Source: Candidatus Latescibacterota bacterium | GTDB lineage: Bacteria > Latescibacterota > UBA2968 > UBA8231 | Assembly (NCBI GenBank): GCA_965221775.1 | Contig: CBDCSU010000005.1 | Span: 441,216 to 505,215, forward strand | Length of the DNA stretch: 64,000 nucleotides | Direction of reading: 5' to 3' | Shown here: positions 31,031-39,621 of the stretch, piece by piece | Layout of the letters: every line of letters starts with the position of its first letter | How positions within the stretch are numbered: the stretch's first letter is position 1 | Notes under the pieces: model-generated | Databases searched by the model: none | What the model saw: the letters and a program-made list of their open reading frames with translations, nothing else | Told to the model about the DNA's origin: nothing | Program-made: the position numbers and the translations under genes

Positions 31031-33156
31031 CAGGCGGCGCTCCCGATGGCGGCGCTGCCGACGGCGCCGTTCCAGCCGGTCAGGGGCGGCAGCTCCGCCC
31101 CGGGATCCTCGCCGCGGGCCATGGCCATCAGCGCCTCCTGCATGCACAGGGCGGGCTCCCCGTTGGGCGGCTCCAGGCGGACGTAGCGGCCGTCGGAGAG
31201 ACAGGCCCGCGTCTTGGAGCGGTCCGCCAGGCACAGCTGCAGGTAGTGGTGCAGGCGCGCCTTGATGCCCTCCTCCTCCACCGGGAAGACGACCTCCACG
31301 CGGTTGCGCAGGTTGCGGTTCATCCAGTCGGCGCTGCCGGTCCAGATCTCGGGATCTCCGCCGTTGGCGAAGTAGAACACCCGGCTGTGCTCCAGGAAGC
31401 GGCCGATGATGCTGTGCACGCGGATGCGCTCGCTGATGCCGAGCAGCCCCGGCCGCAGGCAGCAGATGCCGCGCACCACGAGGTCGATCTCGACGCCGGC
31501 CATGGAGGCGCGGTAGAGGGCGCGGATGATCTTGGCGTCGGTGAGGCCGTTCATCTTGGCCACGATCGCCGCCGGCCGGCCGGCGCGGGCGTGCTCGATC
31601 TCCCGGTCGATGCGGCGCAGGAAGCCGGACATCATCGTCGTGGGCGCCACCAGGAGCTTGCGGAAGGTCTCCTCGGAGCGCGCCGTGAGCAGGTTGAAGA
31701 CCTCCGCCACCTCGCGGGTCATGTCCTCGCGGGCCGTGAGCAGGCCCAGATCCGTGTACAAGCGCGCCGTCACGTGGTTGTAGTTGCCGGTGCCCAGGTG
31801 GGCGTAGCGGCGCAGCTGGTCCTCGTCGCGGCGCACCACCATGGAGAGCTTGCAGTGGGTCTTCATGCCCAGCAGGCCGTAGACGACGTGGACGCCGCTC
31901 TCCTCCAGCTTCTTGGCCCACTCGATGTTGAAAGCCTCGTCGAAGCGCGCCTTCAGCTCCACGAGGACGGCGACCTCCTTGCCCTGCTCGGCCGCCTCCA
32001 TCAGCGCCTGCACGACCTCGGAGTCCTCGCCGGTGCGGTAGAGGGTCTGCTTGATCGCCAGCACCCGGGGGTCGCGCACGGCCATGCGGATGAAGTCGAT
32101 GACGGTGTTGAACGACTCGTACGGGTGGTGGAGGAGGACGTCCCGGGCGCGCAGGCTCTCGAAGAACCGGTCCGGCTCGGCGGGCAGGTTGACCTCCAGC
32201 GGAGTGAAGGGCCGGTCCTTGAGCTCCGGCCGGTTGACGAGGCCGTAGATCGTGGTGATGCGGTTGAGGTTGACCGGGCCTTCGGCGGTGTAGACGCGGT
32301 CCTCGTCGACCTCGAACTGGGTCATGAGGAAGCTCACCAGGCGCGCCGGCGCCTTCTCCTCGATCTCGAGGCGGACCACGTCGCCCTTGCGACGCTGCTC
32401 CAGGGACTCGGCGATCTCCTCGAGCAGGTTGTCGGCCTCCTCCTCGTTGACGTAGAGCTCGGAGTTGCGGGTGACGCGGAAGGCGCCGTGGCCGTTGACG
32501 CGGTAGCCCTCGAAGAGCTCGGTCAGGTAGTGGGCGACGATGCCGGCCAGGGTCACCATGTGCACGGCGCCGTCGCCGGCGTCGGGCAGGGCCAGGATCC
32601 TCGGCAGGACCCGCGGCACGGTGACCACGCCCACGGCGGTGCCGCCGTCCTGCTCCAGGAGGACGCCGATGCACAGGGCCTTGTTGAGGACCCGCGGAAA
32701 GGGGTGGGCGGGATCGATGACGATGGGGGTGAGGATCGGCTCCAGCTCGTCGCGCCAGTAGCGGCGGACGAAGGCCAGCTGCTCGCCGCGCAGCTCGGAG
32801 GGCTCGTGGAGGTGGATCTTCTCGTCGGCCAGGGCCGGCAGCAGCTCCTCGTTCCAGCAGCGGTACTGGGCGGCCACCAGCTCGTGGGTGGTGCGCGAGA
32901 TGGCGGCCAGCTGCTCCTCCGGCGTCAGCCGGTCGGGGCCGGTGCTGGTGCCGCCGCTCTCCTGGACCTGCAGGATGCCGGCGACGCGGACCTCGAAGAA
33001 CTCGTCGAGGATGTCGGCGACGATGCCGAGGAAGCGGACCCGCTCCAGGAGCGGATTGCGCTCGTCGCGGGCCTCCTCCATGACGCGGCGGTTGAAGTCG
33101 AGCCAGGAGAGCTCGCGGTTGATGTAGTATTCGGGACGGGAGAGATCGACCGCCAC
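31030..33156 (-). CDS. ppk1: polyphosphate kinase 1
   Basis: YINRELSWLDFNRRV, KTHCKLSMVVR (autophosphorylated-His context) and two PLD-like C-terminal domains are present. I prefer the GTG start at 33156 (GAGGTGG Shine-Dalgarno motif) over the ORF-track TTG at 33216; the start is uncertain. Confidence 0.9.
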   Translation of the reverse strand: MAVDLSRPEYYINRELSWLDFNRRVMEEARDERNPLLERVRFLGIVADILDEFFEVRVAGILQVQESGGTSTGPDRLTPEEQLAAISRTTHELVAAQYRCWNEELLPALADEKIHLHEPSELRGEQLAFVRRYWRDELEPILTPIVIDPAHPFPRVLNKALCIGVLLEQDGGTAVGVVTVPRVLPRILALPDAGDGAVHMVTLAGIVAHYLTELFEGYRVNGHGAFRVTRNSELYVNEEEADNLLEEIAESLEQRRKGDVVRLEIEEKAPARLVSFLMTQFEVDEDRVYTAEGPVNLNRITTIYGLVNRPELKDRPFTPLEVNLPAEPDRFFESLRARDVLLHHPYESFNTVIDFIRMAVRDPRVLAIKQTLYRTGEDSEVVQALMEAAEQGKEVAVLVELKARFDEAFNIEWAKKLEESGVHVVYGLLGMKTHCKLSMVVRRDEDQLRRYAHLGTGNYNHVTARLYTDLGLLTAREDMTREVAEVFNLLTARSEETFRKLLVAPTTMMSGFLRRIDREIEHARAGRPAAIVAKMNGLTDAKIIRALYRASMAGVEIDLVVRGICCLRPGLLGISERIRVHSIIGRFLEHSRVFYFANGGDPEIWTGSADWMNRNLRNRVEVVFPVEEEGIKARLHHYLQLCLADRSKTRACLSDGRYVRLEPPNGEPALCMQEALMAMARGEDPGAELPPLTGWNGAVGSAAIGSAA

Positions 33157-33265
33157 GTTCCACCTCGGAAGCCTGCGAGACGTGCTAAGGTAACCCGTTG
33201 CGGCGAAAATAGGCAATCAGAGTCTGACGCCGCCGGGCGGATGCCGACCGCGCCTGGCCGATGCC

Positions 33266-34099
33266 TCAGGCCCGCCGGAGTTCCTCGACGAAGGCGCGGT
33301 CCCTGGCGGCGTTGGCGAGGACGCCGGTCAGGTCGAAGGCCTCCCCCGGGGCGGGGGTGATGCCGGCGGTGAACTCCAGGCACAGGAGGCCGTCGAAGCC
33401 GGAGCGGCGCAGGTGGGGCAGGAACCTCCGGTAGTCGGTCCAGTCCCCTTCCTCCAGGAGCGCCGCGGCGCCGTCCTTCCGGTTCTGCAGATGCACGTGC
33501 CGGACGCAGGAGCCGAGAGCGTCGAAGGCGGCCATGGCCGCCGCCGTGTCGTGCTCGACGTAGGGCTGGAAGCAGATCCCGACGCCGTCCTCCGGCAGCT
33601 GCTTCATCAGGCGCCGGGTGCCGTCGAGAGTGTCGCACAGGGTCCCGCCGTGGGTCTCGAGGGTGAGCAGCATCCCCGCCTCGGCGGTGCGGCCGGCCAG
33701 GCGGCGCATGCCCTCCACCGAGCGGCGCCAGACGGCGTCACCGGCCTCGGCGCTGGCCACCCTCCCCGGGAAGATCTTGAAGACCGAGGCCCCGAGGCGG
33801 ACCGCGGCGCCGACGAGCTGCTCCAGGCTCCGGCGCTCTTCCTCGTCCTGCGCGCCCTCCAGGTGGAAGGCGGGATAGGCGCCCACGCCGACGGCGCGCA
33901 TCCCCCGCGCCTCCAGGGCCGCGGCCAGCTGCTCGACCCCGGCCTCGGAGAGGCGGTCGAGGTGGTATCCCCACACCTCCAGGTCGCGGAACCCGGCCGC
34001 CGCCATCGGGTCGAGCAGATCCACCAGGGGCCGGGTGAGGGCGTGTTCCGCCGTCCAGCGGTTGGGCTCGAGCATGATCGTGTTGAGCAGCAGTTGCAT
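33266..34099 (-). CDS. sugar phosphate isomerase/epimerase (xylose-isomerase-like TIM barrel)
   Basis: The ATG at 34099 lies inside ORF 33266..34789. LEVWGYH, LTLETHGG and LCLEF are typical AP_endonuc_2/TIM-barrel motifs. Confidence 0.75.
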   Translation of the reverse strand: MQLLLNTIMLEPNRWTAEHALTRPLVDLLDPMAAAGFRDLEVWGYHLDRLSEAGVEQLAAALEARGMRAVGVGAYPAFHLEGAQDEEERRSLEQLVGAAVRLGASVFKIFPGRVASAEAGDAVWRRSVEGMRRLAGRTAEAGMLLTLETHGGTLCDTLDGTRRLMKQLPEDGVGICFQPYVEHDTAAAMAAFDALGSCVRHVHLQNRKDGAAALLEEGDWTDYRRFLPHLRRSGFDGLLCLEFTAGITPAPGEAFDLTGVLANAARDRAFVEELRRA

Positions 34100-34128
34100 G
34101 GTTGATCCCTCGGTTCGTGGCGGCGGCT

Positions 34129-35163
34129 TCAGCCCCCGGGGAAGCGCACCCCCAGTTTGACGTTCTCCTCCGGCGCGGCGGCGATCTTCGGGTACTCCAC
34201 CAGCAGGTCGTCGAAGTCGACGATGGGCCGCACCACCGGGACCGCGTCCAGGGAGCCGTCGCGCAGCAGGCCCCAGACGACGTCGAAGAGGCGGGCCTCG
34301 TCCCACCTCGGGTGATCCGGGTTGGGCTCGGAGCAGGCCCGCGAGAACACCAGGGTGGGGCGGTTCATGTGGGCCTCGGCGCCGAGGTCGAGGCCGGCGG
34401 GCCAGGCGCCCGGAGCGGCCCCCGGCACCACCGTCCCGAGGTAGGCGACGCCGCGCAGGGCCTGCTGCAGGGCCTCGTGGTGACCGCTGTAGTCGATGCA
34501 GACGTCGGCGCCGCGTCCGCCCGTGGCCCCGCGGATCTCCAGCCCCGCATCGCAGGCCGCCGGGTCGAGCGTCAGGTCGGCGCCGGTCTCCGCGGCCACC
34601 TGGCGGCGCAACTCGATGGGGTCGACGCCGATGACGGGAGACGCCCCCGAGAGGCGCGCCAGCTGCACCACCATGAGGCCGATCGCCCCGAGGCCGAAGA
34701 CGGCCACCGCGTCGCCGAGTCGCACGTGGCCGTCGCGCACGGCGCCGAGGGCGAAGTCGGCCGGGTCGAGGCAGACCGCCGCCTGCCACGGCACGCCATC
34801 GGGCAGGTGCCGCACGCGGCCGCCCTCCCAGACGTGCTCCTCGCGGAAGGGGCCGTGGGCGAAGACGGTGTCACCCACGGCGACACCCTCCACGGCGGGA
34901 CCCGTCTCCACCACCTCGCCGACGCACATGTTCCCGAGGGTGACCGGGTAGCGGACGCCGGGCCGCTCGGCCCGGAAGAGGCGGCTCTCGCCGTCGAAGG
35001 CGCCGCGGGGGCCGGCGTATCCCCGGTACTGGGACATCTCGGTGCCGTGCTTGGCCGCCCCCCAGCGGCTGCGCACGCGCACCTGGGTCGGCGCCAGCGG
35101 CGGGGACTCGATCTCGTCGAAGGCCACCTGACCGGGGCCGGGGGCGATCAGTTGTCTCGGCAT
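34129..35163 (-). CDS. zinc-type alcohol dehydrogenase-like (MDR family) protein
   Basis: The ATG at 35163 lies inside ORF 34129..35262. The protein has a GroES-like N-terminal domain and a Rossmann motif VFGLGAIGLMVVQLA. Confidence 0.75.
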   Translation of the reverse strand: MPRQLIAPGPGQVAFDEIESPPLAPTQVRVRSRWGAAKHGTEMSQYRGYAGPRGAFDGESRLFRAERPGVRYPVTLGNMCVGEVVETGPAVEGVAVGDTVFAHGPFREEHVWEGGRVRHLPDGVPWQAAVCLDPADFALGAVRDGHVRLGDAVAVFGLGAIGLMVVQLARLSGASPVIGVDPIELRRQVAAETGADLTLDPAACDAGLEIRGATGGRGADVCIDYSGHHEALQQALRGVAYLGTVVPGAAPGAWPAGLDLGAEAHMNRPTLVFSRACSEPNPDHPRWDEARLFDVVWGLLRDGSLDAVPVVRPIVDFDDLLVEYPKIAAAPEENVKLGVRFPGG

Positions 35164-35251
35164 GTTCCGCGTCGGTCCGGCGGGGTTTTGACAGAAAAGG
35201 GGCGCAAAATGTAGCCTTGCCCGCCGCCCTCCTTCCACCCGATCCCAGACG

Positions 35252-36223
35252 ATGATTCCCATGGACCGAGTGAAGATCCTCGTGCCCGGCGACGACCCGC
35301 CGCAGATCGCCGGCTCCCCGCAGCTCGACCGCCTGGCCCCTTACGGCGACGTCACCGTTCACGAGACGCGGCCGGCCGACAAGGCGGATCAGGTCGAGCG
35401 CGCCCGCGGCTTCCACGTCATCATCAACTCCCGGGGCGCCGTGAGTTGGCGCGCCGACGAGCTGCGGGCCCTGCCCGACCTGAGGATGATCACCACCTGC
35501 TCCATCGGCACCGACATGATCGACCTCGACGCGGCCCGTCAGCGCGGCATCGTCGTCTCCAACCAGCCGGGGCGCACGGCGCCGGTGGTGGCCGAGCACA
35601 TGTTCGGCCTCCTCTTCACGGTGGCCAAGCGCGCCGCCTTCCAGACCGCCGAGCTGCGCGAGCACCGCTGGACGCGGCGCATGAACCTCACCGTGCAGGG
35701 CAAGGTCCTGGGCATCGTCGGCACCGGCAACATCGGCGCCGAGATGGCGCGCCTCGGGGCCTGCCTCGGCATGGAGGTGATCGCCTGGACCTTCAACCCC
35801 TCCCCCGAGAGGGCGGCGGACCTGGGGGTGACGTTCGTCGAGCTGGACGAGCTGCTCGCCCGGTCCGACTACGTGAGCCTCCACGTGGCGCTCACCGACG
35901 ACACGCGGCACCTCATCGCGGCGCCGCAGCTGGCCGCCATGAAGCCGGAGGCGGTGCTGCTCAACGGCGCCCGCGGCGAGGTGGTCGATCTGGAGGCCCT
36001 GGCCGCGGCCCTCGACTCGGGAGGGCTCGCCGGCGCCGGCCTCGACGTCTTCCCCGACGAGCCCTTCCTGGAGGACCACCCCATCAAGCGCTGCGAGCAG
36101 GTGGTGATGACCCCCCACATGGCCGACCAGACCCCCGAGGGCGTGGAGCTGCTCAACGTCGGCGCCGTGGACAACATCATCGCCTGGCTGGAGGGACAGC
36201 CGCGCAACAACGTCGCCGCCTGA
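35252..36223 (+). CDS. D-isomer-specific 2-hydroxyacid dehydrogenase
   Basis: GIVGTGNIGAEMARL is an NAD-binding motif. Catalytic Arg/Glu/His context is seen in LLNGARGEVVD and MTPHMA. The alternative ATG at 35261 is also possible. Confidence 0.85.
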   Translation: MIPMDRVKILVPGDDPPQIAGSPQLDRLAPYGDVTVHETRPADKADQVERARGFHVIINSRGAVSWRADELRALPDLRMITTCSIGTDMIDLDAARQRGIVVSNQPGRTAPVVAEHMFGLLFTVAKRAAFQTAELREHRWTRRMNLTVQGKVLGIVGTGNIGAEMARLGACLGMEVIAWTFNPSPERAADLGVTFVELDELLARSDYVSLHVALTDDTRHLIAAPQLAAMKPEAVLLNGARGEVVDLEALAAALDSGGLAGAGLDVFPDEPFLEDHPIKRCEQVVMTPHMADQTPEGVELLNVGAVDNIIAWLEGQPRNNVAA

Positions 36224-36239
36224 GGCGCGGGAGAGGCGC

Positions 36240-37079
36240 GTGTTCACCTCCCTGAGCCCCGGCGCCATCGGCGTCGCCGCCGGCGGCCTCGAGGACACCC
36301 TGCGGCTGGCCGCCGCCCACGGCTTCGAAGGCTGCCACTTCAACATCGCCGAGGCGGCCGGCCTCGGTGCTTCCGCCGCCGCCGACGCCGCCGCGGCGGC
36401 GGGCGTGCGCCTCTCCGCCTTCGGCTTCCCCCTCGACTTCCGCGGCGCCGAGGCCGACTTCGAGCGAGACCTGGACGCCCTGCCCGCCCTGACGCGCACC
36501 GCCGAGGCCCTGGGCGTGGGGCGCACCGCCACCTGGATCGCCCCCGCCTCGGACGAGCTGACCTACGAGGAGAACTTCGCCCTCCACGCGCGGCGGCTGA
36601 AGCCGGCGGTGGAGATCCTCGCCGGCCACGGGATCCGCCTCGGGCTGGAGTACGTGGGGCCCGACAACAGCCGCCGGGGGCGCCGCCACGAGTTCGTCCA
36701 CACCATGGACCAGATGGGGCAGCTGTGCGCCGCCGTGGGGCCCAACTGCGGCTACCTGCTCGACGCCTGGCACTGGTACACGGCGCGGGAGGACGCCTCC
36801 CACCTGCTGAGGCTGGAAGCGGCGCAGGTGGTGGACGTCCACGTCAACGACGCCCCCCGCCGCCCCGTGGGCGAGCAGCTCGACCACGAACGCTGCCTTC
36901 CCGGCGAGACCGGCGTCATCGACATCGCCGCCTTCCTGGGCAGCCTCGAGCGCATCGGCTACGACGGCCCGGTGATGGTCGAGCCCTTCAGCCAGCGGCT
37001 GCGGGAGATGCCGGCGGCCGAGGCCTGCGCCGCCACGAGGACCGCCCTTCGCAAGGTCTTCGCCCAGGCGGGGCTCTGA
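36240..37079 (+). CDS. sugar phosphate isomerase/epimerase (xylose-isomerase-like TIM barrel)
   Basis: The GTG start is preceded by GGGAGAGG. LGLEYVG, DAWHWY and PVMVEPFS are typical motifs. Confidence 0.7.
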   Translation: MFTSLSPGAIGVAAGGLEDTLRLAAAHGFEGCHFNIAEAAGLGASAAADAAAAAGVRLSAFGFPLDFRGAEADFERDLDALPALTRTAEALGVGRTATWIAPASDELTYEENFALHARRLKPAVEILAGHGIRLGLEYVGPDNSRRGRRHEFVHTMDQMGQLCAAVGPNCGYLLDAWHWYTAREDASHLLRLEAAQVVDVHVNDAPRRPVGEQLDHERCLPGETGVIDIAAFLGSLERIGYDGPVMVEPFSQRLREMPAAEACAATRTALRKVFAQAGL

Positions 37080-37220
37080 GTGCCTGCGCGCCCCGTCTCG
37101 CGCGAGTCCATTCGCCGATACGTGCCGGCGCGCCCCGTTGCGCCCGGTCGATGGATCCCCTGCCCGCCTCCGTCGCGCGCCTTGCGGGCCAGGCGCCTCG
37201 GCAGGCACTGAGGCCTCGGG

Positions 37221-38396
37221 ATGGCCGCCCGCGTCGCCCACGTGGTCCCCACGGACCGCATCGCCTACCTGCTGCTGCGCCGGCGGCTGGGCCGCCTGGC
37301 CGACGCCGGGTTCGAGATCCACCTGCTCTGTGGACGCGCCCCCGACTCCGGCGCCCCCGGCGGCGTCGACTACGAGGCCGCCTTCTCGGGCCTCGGCGTG
37401 GAGGTCCACTACCAGACCTTCGAGCGCGAGATCTCGCCGGCGGCCGACGCCCGCTGCGCCGCCGAGCTCTATTTCGCCGTGCGCCGCGGCGGCTACGACA
37501 TCGTCCACAGCCACAACCCCAAGGGCGGCCTCCTGGGCCCGCCCGCGGCGCGCCTGGCCGGCGCACGCCGGGTGCTGCACACGGTGCACGGCTTCCTGTT
37601 TCACGACCGCACCCGCGGCCTTCGCCGGGTCGAGGCCCTGGCGGCGGAGCGCTGGACGGCGAACTGGTGCCATCACCTGCTCTTCCAGGTCGAGGAAGAC
37701 CTGGAGTACGCGCGCGACCACCGCTTCAAGGCCGCCGACCGACTGCACCTCGTGGGCAACGGCGTCGACGAGTCGTATTTCGACCTAGCCGCTGATCCTG
37801 CGGCAGGAGCCCGACGGCGCGCCGAGCTGGGTTGGGATGCAGACCACCTCGTGGTAGGCACCACGGGCCGTCTGGTACGGGAGAAGGGTTACGCCGAGTT
37901 CTTCGACATGGCCGGCCGCGTCGCCCGGCAGCGGGACGACGTGCGCTTCCTGGTGGTCGGGCTCTTCGAGCCGGAACAGTCCGACGCCGTCGATCCGCAC
38001 GAGCTGGCCCGGGCCCACGGCGTGGCCGACCGCTGCGCCGTGCTCCAGGGGCGGGACGACATGCCGGCCCTGTACGCGGCGATGGACCTCTTCGTCCTCG
38101 CCTCGCACCGGGAGGGGCTCTCGCGGTCGCTGCTGGAGGCGGCGTCCATGGCGCGGCCGGCGGTGGCCTGCGACATCCGCGGCTGCCGCGAGATCGTCGT
38201 GGACGGCGTCACGGGCAGGCTGGCGCCGGTGCGCGACGCGGCGGCGCTGGCCGAGGCGGTGGGGGGCCTGCTGGACGACGAGCCCGCCCGCCGGCAGATG
38301 GGGCGGGCGGCCCGGGAGCGGGTGGTGGCGCGCTACACGGAGGACCGCGTCGCCCGGCGCGTGATCGACTGCTACCGGCAGGTCCTCGGCGCCTGA
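37221..38396 (+). CDS. glycosyltransferase family 4 (GT-B fold)
   Basis: The N-terminal domain reads HSHNPKGG. The C-terminal EGLSRSLLEAASMARPAVACDIRGCREIV is the E-x7-E motif region. Confidence 0.8.
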   Translation: MAARVAHVVPTDRIAYLLLRRRLGRLADAGFEIHLLCGRAPDSGAPGGVDYEAAFSGLGVEVHYQTFEREISPAADARCAAELYFAVRRGGYDIVHSHNPKGGLLGPPAARLAGARRVLHTVHGFLFHDRTRGLRRVEALAAERWTANWCHHLLFQVEEDLEYARDHRFKAADRLHLVGNGVDESYFDLAADPAAGARRRAELGWDADHLVVGTTGRLVREKGYAEFFDMAGRVARQRDDVRFLVVGLFEPEQSDAVDPHELARAHGVADRCAVLQGRDDMPALYAAMDLFVLASHREGLSRSLLEAASMARPAVACDIRGCREIVVDGVTGRLAPVRDAAALAEAVGGLLDDEPARRQMGRAARERVVARYTEDRVARRVIDCYRQVLGA

Positions 38397-38400
38397 GGCC

Positions 38401-39498
38401 TCAGGCGGAATCCCCGCCGCCGGCAGGGCCGTGCTTCTCCTCGAAGGCCTGGATCTCCTCGGCGCCGTCGAGGACCCCCATCTCCAGGTGGAAGTCGCGG
38501 ACGGCGCCCGGCTCCAGGTACTCCAGGCAGCCGTTGGCGCGGTTCCAGGCGCGGCCGAGGGCGGAGCAGTTCCCGGGCTCGATGCCGGTCACGTACGAGC
38601 CCCGGTGGAAGTGCTGCCACTGGGTGATCAGGGGAATCTCCGCCACCGGGAAGCGCCAGTAGAGACCCAGGCCGAGGCGGTCGTTCACGAAGCCCACGTG
38701 GACCTGTCCCCGGCGGTCGGCGCGGGGCCGGTGCACGCAGACGTCGTGGCGCGCCTTCTTGCGGGGCGCCGCGGCGGTCGTGTAGACCTCGGGCCCCACC
38801 TCGCGGTCCTCCGTCCACTCGGTGGCCCGGTTCGAGCGCAGGACCAGGCGGGAGCCCCGGTCGAGCAGGGGCCAGCCGGGGTTCGTGTGGTAGAGGACCA
38901 TCAGCGGCGACGGGTCGCCGCCGAGGTTCTCGACGCGGTCGTGGATGTGGAAGCGGCGCTCGCCGAGGACCATGGAGATCTCGCGGGTCATCTCCAGGCA
39001 GTGGCCGAACATGATGTGCTCGCGCATGCGGCCGCCGATGCGGAGGACGTACTCCTCCCCCTCCCAGCCGCCGCGGGCGTACACCTCCTTGGCCGGGATG
39101 TAGGAGAGCCGCCCGTGGAGGCCCAGTTCCTCGTCCTCCTCCTCGGGATCGACCTCGGCGTGGCCGACGAAGGTGAGGCCGCAGGTGGTCAGCAGCCCGA
39201 GGAAGGAGCCCCGCATCCAGCCGTCGCCGGCGGGCTCGTAGAAGGCCGGCCCCACGTCCCCCGTCTTCGACCGGAAGCACAGCGACATCCCCTTGTAGTG
39301 GGCGGAGGCGATGTCCAGGGCGCGGCCGGGCAGCACCGACAGACAGAGGCCCGAGGCGTTGAAGACCTCCACCAGCCCGGCGCCGCGCTCGTTGCCCTCC
39401 ACCAGCTCGGCGCGGCGGACGCCGGCCACCTGGCTCATGTCCCCCACGAGATCCTGCAACTGCCGCCGGCTGTAGCGGCGGCCGAATAGCCTCGGCAT
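38401..39498 (-). CDS. aldose-1-epimerase-like protein (DUF4432 family)
   Basis: The ATG at 39498 lies inside ORF 38401..39555. LGLHGRLSYIPA, LYHTNPGWP and GIEPGNC are mutarotase-fold motifs. Confidence 0.6.
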   Translation of the reverse strand: MPRLFGRRYSRRQLQDLVGDMSQVAGVRRAELVEGNERGAGLVEVFNASGLCLSVLPGRALDIASAHYKGMSLCFRSKTGDVGPAFYEPAGDGWMRGSFLGLLTTCGLTFVGHAEVDPEEEDEELGLHGRLSYIPAKEVYARGGWEGEEYVLRIGGRMREHIMFGHCLEMTREISMVLGERRFHIHDRVENLGGDPSPLMVLYHTNPGWPLLDRGSRLVLRSNRATEWTEDREVGPEVYTTAAAPRKKARHDVCVHRPRADRRGQVHVGFVNDRLGLGLYWRFPVAEIPLITQWQHFHRGSYVTGIEPGNCSALGRAWNRANGCLEYLEPGAVRDFHLEMGVLDGAEEIQAFEEKHGPAGGGDSA

Positions 39499-39621
39499 GG
39501 CTGCCTCCTCTGTGATAGGTCCCGGTCGGGTTCGTCGACCCTCCCTCGAACTCAACCAACGGCTTAGTATACGGGGCCGTTCCCTGCAAGCGCATCACCG
39601 TGGGCCACAGGAAACCGACCG

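Noticed and set aside
27980-33360. Long + strand ORFs (27980..31186, 31246..33360) lie opposite the BNR, nucleotidyltransferase and ppk1 genes.
   Set aside because: Their composition is low-complexity (runs of A/G/D/V/H/P) and I recognise no domains. The minus-strand genes carry strong family motifs.
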